Positions 1 to 13,275 of a stretch of DNA of 64,000 nt are shown piece by piece (position 1 is the stretch's first letter; each line of letters begins with the position of its first letter). Made by a program: the position numbers and the translations under genes. The notes beneath the pieces were generated by a model. That model made no database searches, was not told the origin of the DNA, and worked only from the letters and a program-made list of their open reading frames with translations. This stretch comes from the human T2T-CHM13v2.0 reference genome, Homo sapiens, in NCBI RefSeq assembly GCF_009914755.1, contig NC_060929.1, one strand, 5' to 3'.

Positions 1-3000
1 AAAAAAGGGGTGTTCTCCCTATACGGCCCTGTGGGAGGCTCTGCTGCTTTCTGAGGGCCACCTTCTGGATTGTTCCTTCATACCCTCACCAACAACCTGG
101 ATTTATGGAATCGCCCAGGGCAGGAGGAGAGCAGAGACTTGACCATGGGCACCATGAGGGGCCACACAGAATACATGATGTCATTTTTTAAAAATTAAGA
201 ATAATTAATATATAAAATTTTTCTTGATGAAATTGTTTTTACATTTTATTGTTACAGCAAAAAGGTAGTCAAGAGTATTTTGGTAATTCAAATGAATGAT
301 GGCATTCTTCACCTTGTATGTTTTTATTCAAGGCAGTAAGTCCTTTTTGCAGTTAATGCTGCAGAAGCATTTAAGTGTGCTATCTTTGTGTTTTTCAATA
401 TACACTCAGTGTAAAAAATGCACTCAACACTTACTATTTTCAACTAATAACAGATTTATTGTGTTTGTGTTTTAACCAATAGCAATAAAATCGACGCTAT
501 AAAATATTACTGTATTTTTGTCTTTAAAGCTTACCACAAATGATAATTTTAAAAACACAATGTCATTACATATATAAATTTGGGGTTTTTTGGGCAAGAA
601 TGTGAATTTCTGTTTTTACTGTAGGAGAATCTAAGTTCTTTGGTACACTGAATGTGGGGCTTCAGAAGACAAGAGAAGCTGAGCACACCTGTTTCAGCAG
701 GTGGTGACTGTTTCGTTGTCTTTCCTCAAGCTTGCACAGTTGCTGTACATGAAACAAAGATCCCCATCTCTCCACGACTGCCCACGTGAAGTCCACTGTT
801 GGCGGCTTGTCACCGCAGTGCAGGGAGGCAACTGTACTGGTATGATGGGTGCTCATGATCTGTCTTTCCACCAAAGCCTTTGAGTGACAAATCAATGACT
901 ACAAAGGTAAACAAACCAGCTGGATGAGGGAAGCTTCTTCAGGTGTCCGGCCTTCAGAGACCCAGTTCTCGTAGCTTGTCTAGGCCAATACTGGCTCTGT
1001 TACCACTGATCAGCTGAAATGGGGCTAATGGGGTAAGCCAGGTACATTTACACTTGTTTGGCGGCTTTGGAAAACAAAAAAATGGAACCATGATTCCATG
1101 CTCTATGGTTCGTCTCGGTTTGAACCCGTTGAAGAGAAGCACATAGCCTGGGCACATCGCAACAAGCCATAGTAAAAGAGGTTCCATTGCAGCAAGCACC
1201 GCCACAGCAACAGTCTGGGTTGCAGAGGTCTGCTCAGACATCACAGGATTTCCTGTTCTCACCCACCAGCCCTGGAAGCAGGTGGATTAGGAAGCGGAAG
1301 ACTCAGAACTTACAGATGAGGAAAGTGCTGTGCACGGCTGCTGCTGTGCTTGTCCCAGGTACCCAGCAAGAATCAGGGGCAGAACCACCAGCTTCCTGTT
1401 TGTTCCTCATCCACCCTGCAGTGTGTGTATGTGTGTGTGTGTGCTTGAGTACGGCTGTGTGAAAAGACTTGTGTTAAGCCATGTAGGACTATGAAACAAA
1501 AATACAAGTTGAGAGATTTAGAATCTAATAGTAAGCACAACAATTACATACCCTAGATCAGGACCCAAAGGCAAACAAAAACATTAGTAAAATGTGCCTG
1601 TTATCTTGCTTCTCTTTCCCAACCCTTTCTCAATTTACACTAAGGTTTAGAACCAGAAACCTGTGTGTCTCTCTCAGAATCAAAATTGGGTATGGAGATG
1701 ACATCATTTTTTTCTGTTAAAGTGCCATGGACTTTAGAAGATCACTGACCCCCAAAATACTATAAACTCCAACCAAACTCATTTAAAATTACTCTTGATG
1801 CTGGTAAGAACCATCTGAGAAACAGAATAAAACCCGTACTGCTTCATATCTTCTGCTCACACCAAAATGTAATGATGCTTTCAGATTTTAGCCAGAAAAT
1901 GACTTAAAAATAAATATTTCTATTTTATGCTCAAGGAATTATTCCCAGCAGTGAGCAAAATTTTCAAAGAATGAACCTCTGGAATGTACTTATCCAATCA
2001 AAATTATTGAAAAAATATTTGTTGGAATTAGATAGCTCACTGATTTTCTGCACAATTCCTGGGCCAGGTGGAAGACATGGCTACTGTAAATATAAAAGGT
2101 AAGTAAAAGATCAGGTAGATAATTTTAAATGGTTTGAGGTTTCACATAATCATGGGAAAGACTTGTGTCTCCATTTTTTTAATATGAGAAAAAGTGTGTA
2201 GCCCATTTATTTCGAAAACAAGTTTTGAAGCTGGAAAATAGGTTTCCATCTGATAGGCACATCCTTCTTGATAGTATCATTAGTGTATAAACAGATGCAA
2301 ATTCTGATTCTGTGGGAGCACTGATGAGGCTCACTGCCTGCACCTGTGCAGGGTTCAACCACACTCTCGTTTTACAAATGTATTTTACTTTCAGAGGACA
2401 ACGTTTATTTGCCCTTGTTTTATCTAAATAACCTGATATTGAGAATTGGAATGCAGGGAGGATTGCTGCTGCAACTTTATTTTAGAGATGACTGAAACGC
2501 TAATTCGCTAATTCTGTTTTGTGGTTTCCGTCCCAAGCTGAGTCTTGGGAAAATAACCTTGTGTTCCATTGAGAGTGCTTAGTGCTGACATACAGAGATT
2601 GTTCCCAAGGCACTGGGCCAGTCAGCGCTCCTCCTCCTCCATCTCTGCCCTTTCACTGGTTGGTCTCCATGCCCTTGTTGCCTGGTTTCTCTGCTGACTG
2701 CCAGAGCTGCCTGCAGAGATTTTAGCATTTGTGAGGAACATTCAGAACACAGCAACTCAGATCTGGCATGGATATAGAAGCCTGCTCCCTGCAAAGCTCC
2801 AGGCATGTTCCAAGGAAGCCCGTGGGCTGGGTGGATAACCAGGCCACTTTCTGATACCATCTTTTAATTCAGACAGTCCATAATACCCATTTACTGTGCA
2901 TCTTTTCTGTGGCAGGCAATGTATTAATATTTTAAACACGTAAGTGTTATGATCACCTTTGCAGTTTTGAGATCTCTCTCACAAAGCAGTAAAGAGAATA

Positions 3001-4203
3001 GAGTAGCCTGAGTACATGAACTTCGCTGGACTTATTTCTGTGGAGGGTTAAAAATGGGTGTTGAAGGAAGTTTATTGAAGATGATATAAGCAAAAATAAA
3101 AGTATGAGCTTTGGGACAATACTTCTCCCCTCCATCAAAACCTGAAAGAAGAAAAACAAAGGGATAATAATTTGTTAACAAGAGAAATGCCATCCTTAAT
3201 AAAACCAAGGAAATTTCATAACAAGCAAGTATATGCCAGGAAAAAAAATGCGTTAAATTCTATGAAAATGTGTCAAATCCTCATAAAAAAAAACTTATAC
3301 CATAGTGAATATTACAGGACATTTTTCAGAGTAAATAGCAATTATACTAATTGAGATATACGTAACAATCACAGCCAAAGAAGTTTTTTTAAGTGCAATG
3401 AGATCTAGGGTTGTGGTTGGACCACAGAGGAGCAAACCCATTTTAATACCAAATAATGTCAGGGGGTGGCAAGCTGAAGAAAAAATCACGTTTATAAGCC
3501 ATTTCCAGCACCTTGAATTGGGTTCCTTGCCAAGTACTGACTTCTGGCAGGGATGGGGAGTGAGGCCACCAGAGGAGGAAGCCAGGGCTGGTGACAATGC
3601 AGAGAGCTTAGGACCCTGGATCTCTGTGAGGAGCCTCTGGGAATTAGAGGGGATGTTGTCCCTCAGATTAAGTAGTTATCCGATTTGTGAAGAATTGTTG
3701 GAGACCTTAACTCTTATTAAGAGTTAAATATTTTTCCAGATAACTTCCACTTGTCCCTCCCTACTTTTTCCTTAGCAGATACCTGGCACCATAAAAATAA
3801 GTAATAATCCAAAGGAAACAAAAAGGAAATTGGCTCAAAGATTGGGAAAATAAAGAAGAAAAGCAACAAAAGCAAAAAAGTAAATAAATAACATACACAA
3901 AAAGAGTACCAAAAGAGTTTAGACACTTAGTTCACCGTAATCTCAAAGAAATTACAGAGAATATTAGCAATCTAAAAATAAGCTCAAGTAATACATATAA
4001 ATATTGAAAATGGAGGCTATATGATCCCAGAAGAAAGAAATAAGTGATTTGGCAGGTTCTAGAGATAAATTTAAGAGAGAAATATACACATTTATAGGAA
4101 TTAAAGGCATATTATAAATAAACCGAGAAAAAACTAAAACAAATACAACTAAAAATAAAAGGATATGGCAAATAAGCTTTAGAAAGGCATATCGTATTAA
4201 CTG

Positions 4204-4400
4204 TGTAGTGAACGTCTGTCATTAGGTTTAGCTCCCCCAACATATGAACCTCTTTCTGTGTTTGGACAATATACTTCACCATATGCTAGATTGCTTGCCC
4301 ACATTCCATTCAAAGAAGAAAAAGAGTATATGACTTGCCAATAGGCACACACTGAGAATGAATTTGGTTTCAGGAAAAGAAAGGATTAGTGCATTCAAAT
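4204..4400 (+). mobile_element. Possible ERVL LTR33/LTR41-like fragment
   Basis: Begins TGTAGTGAACGTCTGTCATT...CCCAACATATGAACCTCTTTCTGTGTTTGG, resembling the recalled 5' end of this LTR group. Confidence 0.35.
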
Positions 4401-4429
4401 GCAGGTCAGTATAAAGTTTTCAAACCAAC

Positions 4430-4516
4430 AGAGAGGGAGAGAGAGAGAAAGAAAGGGAAAGGGAGAGAGAGAGAAAGAAAGGGAAAGAGAGGGAGAGAGA
4501 AACAGAGAGGAAAGAA
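4430..4516 (+). repeat. GA-rich simple repeat
   Basis: GAGAGGGAGAGAGAGAGAAAGAAAGGGAAAGGGAGAGAGA... seen directly. Confidence 0.9.
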
Positions 4517-6224
4517 ATGCATATATAGGCTATGGTCAAATAATACCATATGAGTAAAGTTGTGTCCAGAAGAAAAGGAAAGAAAGAATGGAGAGGAGCA
4601 ATATTTGAAGAGATAATAATTGAGCATTTTCCAAAACTGATAAAAGAAGATGTCCACCTACTGATTCTAGAAGCTCAGTGAACTCAAAACAACTAAAACA
4701 CAACACCACAAAACAAACACACCTAGGCACATTGCCATCAAATTCCTGAAAAACAAAGATAAAGAAAATATCCTAAAGGATTCTGAAGAAAAGATAAGAT
4801 TGCACACAAAGGAGCAAAAATTAGACTTACAGCTGACTTTTGAGCAGAAATTATGGAAGCCAAAAGACAATCATTGCTGAAAGAGTTGCATGGAAAGGTC
4901 TGCCAATCTGGAATTATTTTCAGCAAAGTTATACCATAGCAAGTATTACAGGATGTTTTCCAGAGTAAATAGCAATTATACTAAATAGAAGCACATAACT
5001 TCAGAAAGGACGAAAGAGCACTGGAAAAGGTAAATATGTGTGTAAATGTGTATAATAATATTAACTGCATAAAGGAAAAACAGATTACTGTAACTGGAAG
5101 AGGTTAGCCTGTAGCTCTAAAATATATGACAAAAATACCACAAAGACAGGAGACAGTAAGTAAACTTAAACTGTTGTGAGTTTTTCTCCAAAGGTCAAGA
5201 AATAATAATTACATTTATTTAATGTAAACAGCAATTATTAAAAAATGCATATAGTAATTTCTGGGGTAAGAATGAAAAGAATGCTTAAAAGCTATAACTG
5301 AAGTTTTAATAAAATATATATAATTCACATAAAAAATGAAGCCAAAAGAAGGCAAAGACAAAGGAGTGACAAACAAAACTGAAAAGAAATATTCAGATTG
5401 TTGACTTAAATCAAAATATATAAGTAATTATGCCAAATCAATGGATTACAAAATCCATTTAAATTACAAAGATAGTTATGCTGGGTAAAAAATATAAGAT
5501 CCAAATATCTGCTGTTTGCAAGAGGTATACTTTAGATATAAAGACAATGTGTCATTACAGATCGTACAAACATCAAAAAGACAATAAGTATATTATAAAC
5601 AACTTTGTGTTAATACATGTGAAATGCACATTCTTTGAAATTGACAAATTCCTGGAAAAATATGTCATATCAAAACTGACACAAGAATAAATACAAAATC
5701 AGATAAATCCAATATCTGGTTACAATATTGAATCCATAATTAAAGAGCTGACCAGTAATAACATTTCAGACCCGTCAAGTTTCATGAGTTAATTCTTTGG
5801 AATATTTAAATAAGAGACAGAACTGATCATACCCAGACTTTTTCTGAAAACCTATGTGTAGAAATAATTCCAAACTCATTTTATGAGATGGGTATTGCCC
5901 TGAAATCAAAATCTCTCAAGAACATTAAAACAACAACAACACAATTACAGACCAATATCTTTTATAAACATAGAAACAAAAACCCTGAACAAAATAGTAG
6001 TAAACAGAAGAGTAATATACAAAATGGATAATGGATTCTAACCAAGATTATTGAAGAAATGTATGTTTACTTCAACACTTGAAAATTAATCAGTGCGATT
6101 CATCATATTAACAGAAAAAAAAGAAAAACTGCATGATCATTTTTAAATGACTATAAAGCAAGCATCTGATAAAATTCTATATCTGATCATAAGAAAAACT
6201 TTCAGAAATTTAGGAATGGAAGGA

Positions 6225-6453
6225 ACAATGGGCACTGTGTAGTACTAGAGAGTGGAGGGAGGAGAGTGGGTTAAAAAACTACCTATCAGATACTAAGCTC
6301 ACTACCTGCGTGACAAGATCCATACTCCAAACCTCAGCAGCACACAATAGTCTCATGTAACAAATCTGCACTGCACTCTAGCCTGGGCAAGAGAATGAGA
6401 GTCTGTCTCAAAAATAAATAAATAAATAAAATAAAAGTTGAAATTAGAAAAAA
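6225..6453 (+). mobile_element. L1PB/late L1PA 3' end fragment nested in the older L1
   Basis: GGGTTAAAAAACTACCTATCAGATACTAAGCTCACTACCTG...CCAAACCTCAGCAGCACACAATA...CATGTAACAAATCTGCA...ATAAAAGTTGAAATTAGAAAAAA matches the L1PB-type 3' UTR. Confidence 0.8.
6369..6432 (+). mobile_element. Alu 3'-terminal fragment with (TAAA)n tail
   Basis: CACTGCACTCTAGCCTGGGCAAGAGAATGAGAGTCTGTCTCAAAAATAAATAAATAAATAAA is the Alu right-arm end. Confidence 0.9.
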
Positions 6454-6795
6454 GATGTTAAAACAAAGAATCCTGTAGATAGCATTGTGCTTAATGATGT
6501 AACAAGCTCCCTAAGACTGGGAATCCTCTGAAATGTGTGCTCCCCTCCCAGCCATTCAACAGTGTCCTAGAGATTCAAGCAAATTCAATAAGGCAAGATA
6601 AAAAGGTGTAACATTGGAAAGAAGATTACTCCCCTTATTTAGCAAGACTGTGTTTGTAGTAAACACAAAATAAATTATAAGCTATTAAAATTAATAAGTG
6701 AATTTAACAAAGTCAATGAATTAAAGTCAATATGAAAATGAACTGTGTTTTGTATCCAAGTGATAAAAATTGGGAAACACATTTTTATAAAATAT

Positions 6796-7000
6796 CAGGG
6801 ATCAGCTAACTTTTCTGTGTAAAGGGCCAGGTAGATAATGTATGCTTTGCAGGCTACATAGGATGTCTGTTGCATATTCTCACTCTCTTTCTTCTGTCAT
6901 TCCATAACATTTTTCATGTAAAAAATTATTCTTAGCTCATAAGCCATATAAAAATAGGTGCAAGGCTCAATTTGGTTCATGGGTCTTATGCTGAGCCTTG
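6796..7000 (+). mobile_element. MER58-family hAT-Charlie MITE
   Basis: CAGGGATCAGCTAACTTTTCTGTGTAAAGGGCCAGGTAGATAAT...TTCTTAGCTCATAAGCCATATAAAAAATAGG...GCTGAGCCTTG. Confidence 0.75.
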
Positions 7001-8561
7001 ATCTTAGCATCAAAGAACGTGAAATACCTATGAATTCATCTGAGAGAAGTTATACATGATTCTTACACTGAAAACCGGAAAGCATAGCTGAGAGAAATTT
7101 TAAAGGACACAAATAAATGAAGAGTAGACCATAATTCAACAGGATGGCCCTTTCTAATCACTGTTCTGTGTGAATTTGATATGTGTATGAAAAAAGTTGA
7201 GAATTTCTGTTTATCATAAGACAGTAATAAGAGAATAAATTTTTAAGCCACCAACTGGGAGGAAATATTTGCAATAAATATGTCTGACAGAGGACTCATA
7301 TGCAGGATGTTTAAAAACTCAGTTACAAAAGAGAGAGAGACTTAAATGAGATCTGCATAAAATAAAGATATCAAAGAGCTAATACATATATGAAGATGTC
7401 CTCAGTATCATTAATCACCAAGGACATGCAAATTAAACCAATCATAAGATATTACTGCAAATGCACCATTATGGATAAAATGAAAAAGAGAGATAATACC
7501 CAGTGTTGGCCGGGATGTAGAGGAAATGAAATTTCCCCACCCTAATTTTAGTGGGTAAGTTTATTCAGTCATTTTGGAGTTGTTTGACCATATGTAACTA
7601 CACTACCTAAATAGAATTCTACTCCATGTACCAGCCATTCCATTTCTAAGCATAGACTCAAGAGAAATAACATATATGTCCATGAAAACATGCATAAAAG
7701 GATGTTCATAGAAACTTTATTCATAACACTAAAAAAAAAAAACCGCCAGGAAAATGTGCAAAAATCGTGGCATAGTCACAAAATATAACACTACACAACA
7801 ACAAAAATGAGTAAAGTACCAATTCCGATGGCTTCATCCATGACTTCTACAAAGCTGATGCTGAGCAATAAAAGCCAGACACAAAAACTCATCTGCTGCA
7901 AACGGCTGTTTATAGGGAGCTTGATAAAAGGCAAAATTCATCTATTGTGATAAAAGTTAAAATAGTGGCTCTCCTTGGTCAGGGAAGGGACAACCGGGAC
8001 TGAACATTTTTTATCTCTTATTGATCTGGGTAGTGAGTACACAGCACATTCAAAGATGCAAATTCCTCAACTTGTTCAACACACATTCACAATTGGCACA
8101 CTTCCTAGGAGTGTTTATTCATCCTACATTTCAAATTAAAAAGTGAATGAGAGGAGAGGAAATGAAAACTAAGCAATATGCTATTTTAAGGAACTTAGCT
8201 GTAAAGACGAAAGAAAATGAGAGTTGAAGCTGAGGAAAACATGAGTTTGTTTGATTTGCAGTTGTGTTTCTAAGATAATACATAATTGAGTTTGTGTAAA
8301 GAATGAAAACATCAAGCACCTTCTCATACATAGACACAAAGCTGTGGAGACGTGATAGTTCCAAGATGACTTAAAAAGCCTGAAAGAGAATAACCAGTGT
8401 CCAGAGTGAGGAATGGGATTCCAACACCTAAATGAAAGAAGGGAAGAGTGAGAAGACACATTTTTTGATGAATGCATATTTAGATAAAGCATCCTCTCCT
8501 GGTAGCTGAGTTTTCTCAAGTCTAGGGCATAGCACACATCTCGCAAGGGCTGGGACGATAG

Positions 8562-8921
<360 letters not shown>

Positions 8922-9413
8922 GGGGTGGACTTCTTAAGCAAGTGGGGAAGAATAGGATGAAAATTACTAAACGGATTGTAGTTCAGAGACTTCTAATATG
9001 GAGACAGGATAAAGAGTAAGAAGAGGTTAAAGATACTGGAAATGGGATGGTTAAAGTGATGGCATAGATTCAACAGGGAAAGAAAATAAGCCATCAGGGC
9101 CAGCTAGGTCCAGAGTGAGAGCTACAGCAGGGGCTTGCATCTGTATTGGTATGGGGAGTATTCCAGGGGATAATAAGGTCTCTGGGGTGATGGTAGAGGC
9201 TTGTGGAGTAAGAATCAACAAACTAGGTTGTGGGTCTGCAAGTCACCCTCAATGACGGCAGGATACAGAATGGAGAGGAAGGCTATGAACTGCGTGGCAG
9301 AGTCATTAGGAGTGGACTCCTAGTGATTGCCAAGGGAAGATCATGACATCGCAGAGGTGACCTACAGAACTACCTTTACTTATTTCAAGTACAGGAAGAT
9401 GTAAAAGGGATGT

Positions 9414-9903
9414 TGTGGTAGATTGTTGTAATAAGGCTCCCAATGACCTATGCCCCTCTGTATCCGCACACTTAGGTGGTCCTTCCCACAATCATTCTGA
9501 CTTGGGACTTGCTTTGACCAATGGGATAACACAAACATGCTTCAAGCAGAAGCTTAAAAAGAGCTTGCACATTGGGGCTCACATTCTCTGTCTGCTTTTG
9601 AGAGCTCTGTGACCACTCTGCGAAGAAACCTGGGATACTTCCCCAGAGAATAAGATGCCATGTGGAGTGGGGCTCAGTCAACAGAGCTTAGTCTCTGTGG
9701 AGCAACCAGCTATGTGACAGCAGTCATCACAGAACATCCAGATAGCTTGGCCAGAGTGCTGCTGACCATAGAGACTAGCCAAGCCAGGCCAGAAGAAAGA
9801 GCTGCCCAGAGGCCCAAAGAGAAATCGTAAGTTGTTATTTATGTTTGTCTGTTAGTAGTCACTGAGTTTGTTGAGTCATTTGTTACACAGCAACAACTTA
9901 CAC
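9414..9903 (+). mobile_element. MLT1 (F/G/H-like) ERVL-MaLR solo LTR
   Basis: TGTGGTAG start, GACTTGCTTTGACCAATGGGAT, AAGCAGAAGCTTAAAAAGAGCTTGCACATTGGGGCT, end CACTGAGTTTG...TTTGTTACACAGCAA. Confidence 0.8.
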
Positions 9904-9992
9904 CCCTGACAGAAAATGAGAATCCTTGCCTTCTTGGAACATTAGAAAACCATCTGTGCAATAATAGCTTGTTGTTGTTTTTGTTTCTCTCC

Positions 9993-10265
9993 TTTTTTTT
10001 TTTTTTGCTCTGTCCCCCAGGATGGAGTGCAGTGGCGCAATCTCAGTTCACTGCGAGCTCTGCCTCCCAGGTTCACGCCTTTCATTCTCCTGCCTCAGCC
10101 TCCCGAGTAGCTGGGACTACAGGCGCCCGCCACTGCGCCCGGCGGCTAATTTTTTGTATTTTTAGTAGAGACGGGGTTTCACCATGCTAGCCAGGATGGC
10201 CTTGATCTCCTGACCTCACGATCTGCCCATCTCAGCCTCCCAAAGTGCTGGGATCACAGGCGTGA
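9993..10265 (-). mobile_element. AluY-lineage SINE, slightly truncated at both ends
   Basis: Poly-T, then GCTCTGTCCCCCAGG...GCTAGCCAGGATGG...GGATCACAGGCGTGA. Flanks share TGTTGTTTTT. Confidence 0.95.
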
Positions 10266-10321
10266 TGTTGTTTTTCTTTAACGGGTAAAATTCAGAAGAG
10301 ACTATTTATTGTACTTGAAAC

Positions 10322-10816
10322 TGAAAGGGGGATCGGAATACAAACCCAAAGTATGCCACTTTGGCATGAGGATTCTGCGGATCTGAAGGCACCTGAGACT
10401 CAATAGATGCAGGCAGAGTTCTCTTCTCTGCCCTTTTCTGCTTAAAAGAGGAGCATAAATCTCCCTCTGTGAGGTTGTCCCTGTCTCATCCCAGCGAGAG
10501 GAGAGCAACCCTTAGTACTGGAGACCCACTGAGAGGAGTCTCACAGCTGTCTTTAGCTTCCACCACACATTTCCTAGTCACCTTCTCACCATTTCCATCC
10601 CTTGAAGCCCGAGCCGCCTTTCCTTTGTAAAATGGTATATAAGCCCCCAAGCCTAACTGCTTCTTTGAGCTTCACTTCCTTTCTGTGAACTCTTTTGCAC
10701 CTAAAACATTAAAACTTTGTATTTCTTTTCTACTAATCTGTCTTTTGTCAGTTAAATTTTCAGGACTCTAGTCACTGAACCCAAGAGGGAAGAGGAAAAG
10801 TTTTCCCTCTCTGACA
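10322..10816 (+). mobile_element. MER34-family ERV1 solo LTR
   Basis: TG...CA termini; CCCAAAGTATGCCACTTTGGCATGAGGATT; TATA-like TATATAAG ~10636; ATTAAA ~10708; end AATCTGTCTTTTGTCAGTTAAATTTTCAG...GAGGAAAAGTTTTCCCTCTCTGACA. Confidence 0.8.
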
Positions 10817-12835
10817 ATTTGATGAGTATCTTTTACCTTCTTCCTATACGTTTCAACACTGTGACTTTTTACAATAAATCTGAGTTACTTTTACCATTAG
10901 AAGAAGCTATGTTAAAATTTGAGAAACACCATTTATTCATCAAATATACAATATTACATTATGCCAAGGGTATTTAATGGTTATTCTCCTCCTGATATAC
11001 AGTTCTTAATTATTATTTACATATATTTTGATGATACAAAATGGTGATAGAAAGATGAATTGATAAACGAGACAGGTTTCTCCAAAGACAATCAGACTGG
11101 CTTCATGAAATAGTAGTTGATAGACCAATTTTGCCAACAGGGTACGCTTTCTCACAAAAAAAAAAAAAAAAAAGTCTTATTCTCATTAAAACATTCAATC
11201 ATTGCATACTGGCTTTGAAGATTTTTCTCTTTTTAAATTTGCTTCACTACTATGCAGAAAATAAGATAAAGTGCCTTCTTTGCTTCCTAGCATTGATGTC
11301 TCTGCTGTGTTTCAAATCTGAAGTATTTTTTTTTTACTTTAGAACAAAAATCAAAAAATCATTAAATGATGTTAGAGACAGCAGGAAGTACGTAAGAATC
11401 ATAGAACATCTTGCTGCAGTTTATATTATTTCATTATCTAAATCAGTGGGTAATAATTTCTTATATATCAAAGCTCATAATTATTTTCAGGGATATGAAC
11501 CACAGAAGGGAAGTGGGAGTTTGAGAATGATGTCAATAAAAGAGCCAGGGTTTCTGCAGAAAAGTGGAGGAATTTGCCCAAAGAACAATTATGTAAATAA
11601 AATGTGCCCTGGGCTAGGATAATTTCGCTGTCACCCATTGACAGAAATGGCCCCAGGCATAGGCACATAAGTATTCACTTAGGGAGGTGGATCCATTGCA
11701 GGGGGGTTGGGGGAAGAAAGAAAAAAATGTTTTTAATTTATTTTGCTCCTGATTATATACGTTGGAAGGTGGGTCTTTTCTGCATCCTTGCTTATTTGCA
11801 AGGACAGGCTACAGAGCGTGTTCTAGAGGGAAGGTTTCATCAATAATCCCCCCTTTTTCTTGTCCCAGATCTCCCCGACTGGCTCAGCCCTTCCACCTAA
11901 TCCACACTCGGACTCCTCCCACCTTAGAAAACAATATCCACAGACGCTCTTGACCCCTCTAGTTCTCTGTTCACTCTCAAACATTTTGCAAGAAGAATTT
12001 CCGTAAGAAGAAATGTATAGATTTTATGATACATCACATTAAAAACAATAATAATCTAGGAGTCCAAATGGTATTGACATGTTTTTATTTTGTCCAGCAA
12101 AAACATTGTTTTAAAAGAACATTTGTTATCTGTAAAAAGAAAGGGCACATTGTAATTCCAAAAACTACGGGAAGGAGATGCTCTCCAACAATACTTAGCT
12201 TTCTGAAAAAGTCATGAGAGTGCCATTGTTGGGAGGTTTCTCCTTTGTTCCTGGCGGGCAGAACACTGCCTTGAACACCCTGTCTGGGCCTGGGTGTGGG
12301 CGGAGGCTCCCCTCGGTCCGCTTCCCGTCCCTCCTGGTGGTAGCCTGGAGTGTGTCTTTCCCCCTCTACCTGAGCTGCCCCTGCTCTTCCTCCCAGACTG
12401 GGACCCTTCGTCTGTCCAGGGTGAGTCCTGAGTTTGCCTGGTGGTCAGTCTGCTCTGTACCCCATTCTATTAGCTCTCACAGCTGGCCCAAACCTTACCT
12501 TCAATGGCCCCCAAGCGCTGGGTGCCAGCTCTCAGAGGACAGGAAGCTGTGTTTCCAAGGTGGGACTTGGTGTCTGCCCTGTCCAGGTGCCCATGGATGG
12601 TGGATGCTCCCTCTTCTCTTATGTAAATGGCCAGTGGGCTCTCCCCTGCCCCACGACCTTGTCTCTGCTCTCCCCCCAGCAGCAGGTGAGAAGAAAAAGA
12701 GGCTCCTGGATGTGGCCTTGCCACCATGTGGGTTTCCAGCATGAGCCTGGCCATCACCTCTCCAGCGTCTCCCCAGGGCTTCTGACTCCACGTGGATATG
12801 GCCAGCTTTGCAGTCTATACTCCCTTTTCAACAGG

Positions 12836-13198
12836 CAGCTGTCCAGCACACAGCTGCCCAGCACTCACCTGCCCACCACACACCTGTCCAGCACCCACCT
12901 GCCCAGCACTCTCTCACCTGCCCAGCACCCAAGTGCTCAGCACTCTCACCTGCCTAGCACTCACTCATGTGCCCAGCACTCACCTGCTGAGCACTCACTC
13001 ACTTGTCCAGCACTCACTCACCTGCCCAGCACCCAAGTGCTCAGCATTCACTCAACTGCCCAGCACCCACTCACCAGCCCAGCACCCACCTGCCCAGCAC
13101 TCACCAGCCCAGCACTTACCAGCCCAGCATCCACCTGCCCAGCACTCACCAGCCCAGCATCCACCCGCCCAGCACTCACCAGCCCAGCACTCACCTGC
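12836..13198 (+). repeat. ~15-bp minisatellite (CCCAGCACTCACCTG/CCAG)
   Basis: More than 20 degenerate copies of CCCAGCAC(T/C)CACC; more homogeneous toward the 3' end. Confidence 0.95.
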
Positions 13199-13275
13199 TT
13201 GTCTCCTAACGCAGGCCTTTCAGGTCACTAGCTGGTGGTCTCATCCTCACCAAACTGCAATCCTGGGTAGCTCTG

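Larger units (their letters stand above)
3800..8130 (+). mobile_element. Old, fragmented L1M (L1MC/ME-like) LINE-1 with nested insertions
   Basis: ORF1-like remnant ~4580-4930 (GCAATATTTGAAGAGATAATA...GAAGCTCAGTGAACTC...ACACCTAGGCACATTG). ORF2-like remnants ~5400-6220 (TTACAGACCAATATC, GATTCATCATATTAACAG). 3'-region-like sequence 7210-8120. A-rich plus strand; boundaries approximate. Confidence 0.8.

Noticed and set aside
130-660. Possible old hAT DNA-transposon relic
   Set aside because: AT-rich with no terminal inverted repeat I could confirm; family not identifiable by eye.
662-1462. Short ORFs next to an AT-rich 3'-UTR-like stretch (possible retrogene)
   Set aside because: No recognisable protein in the listed ORFs or in the additional minus-strand frames I translated; stops are frequent; no poly-A/TSD signature.
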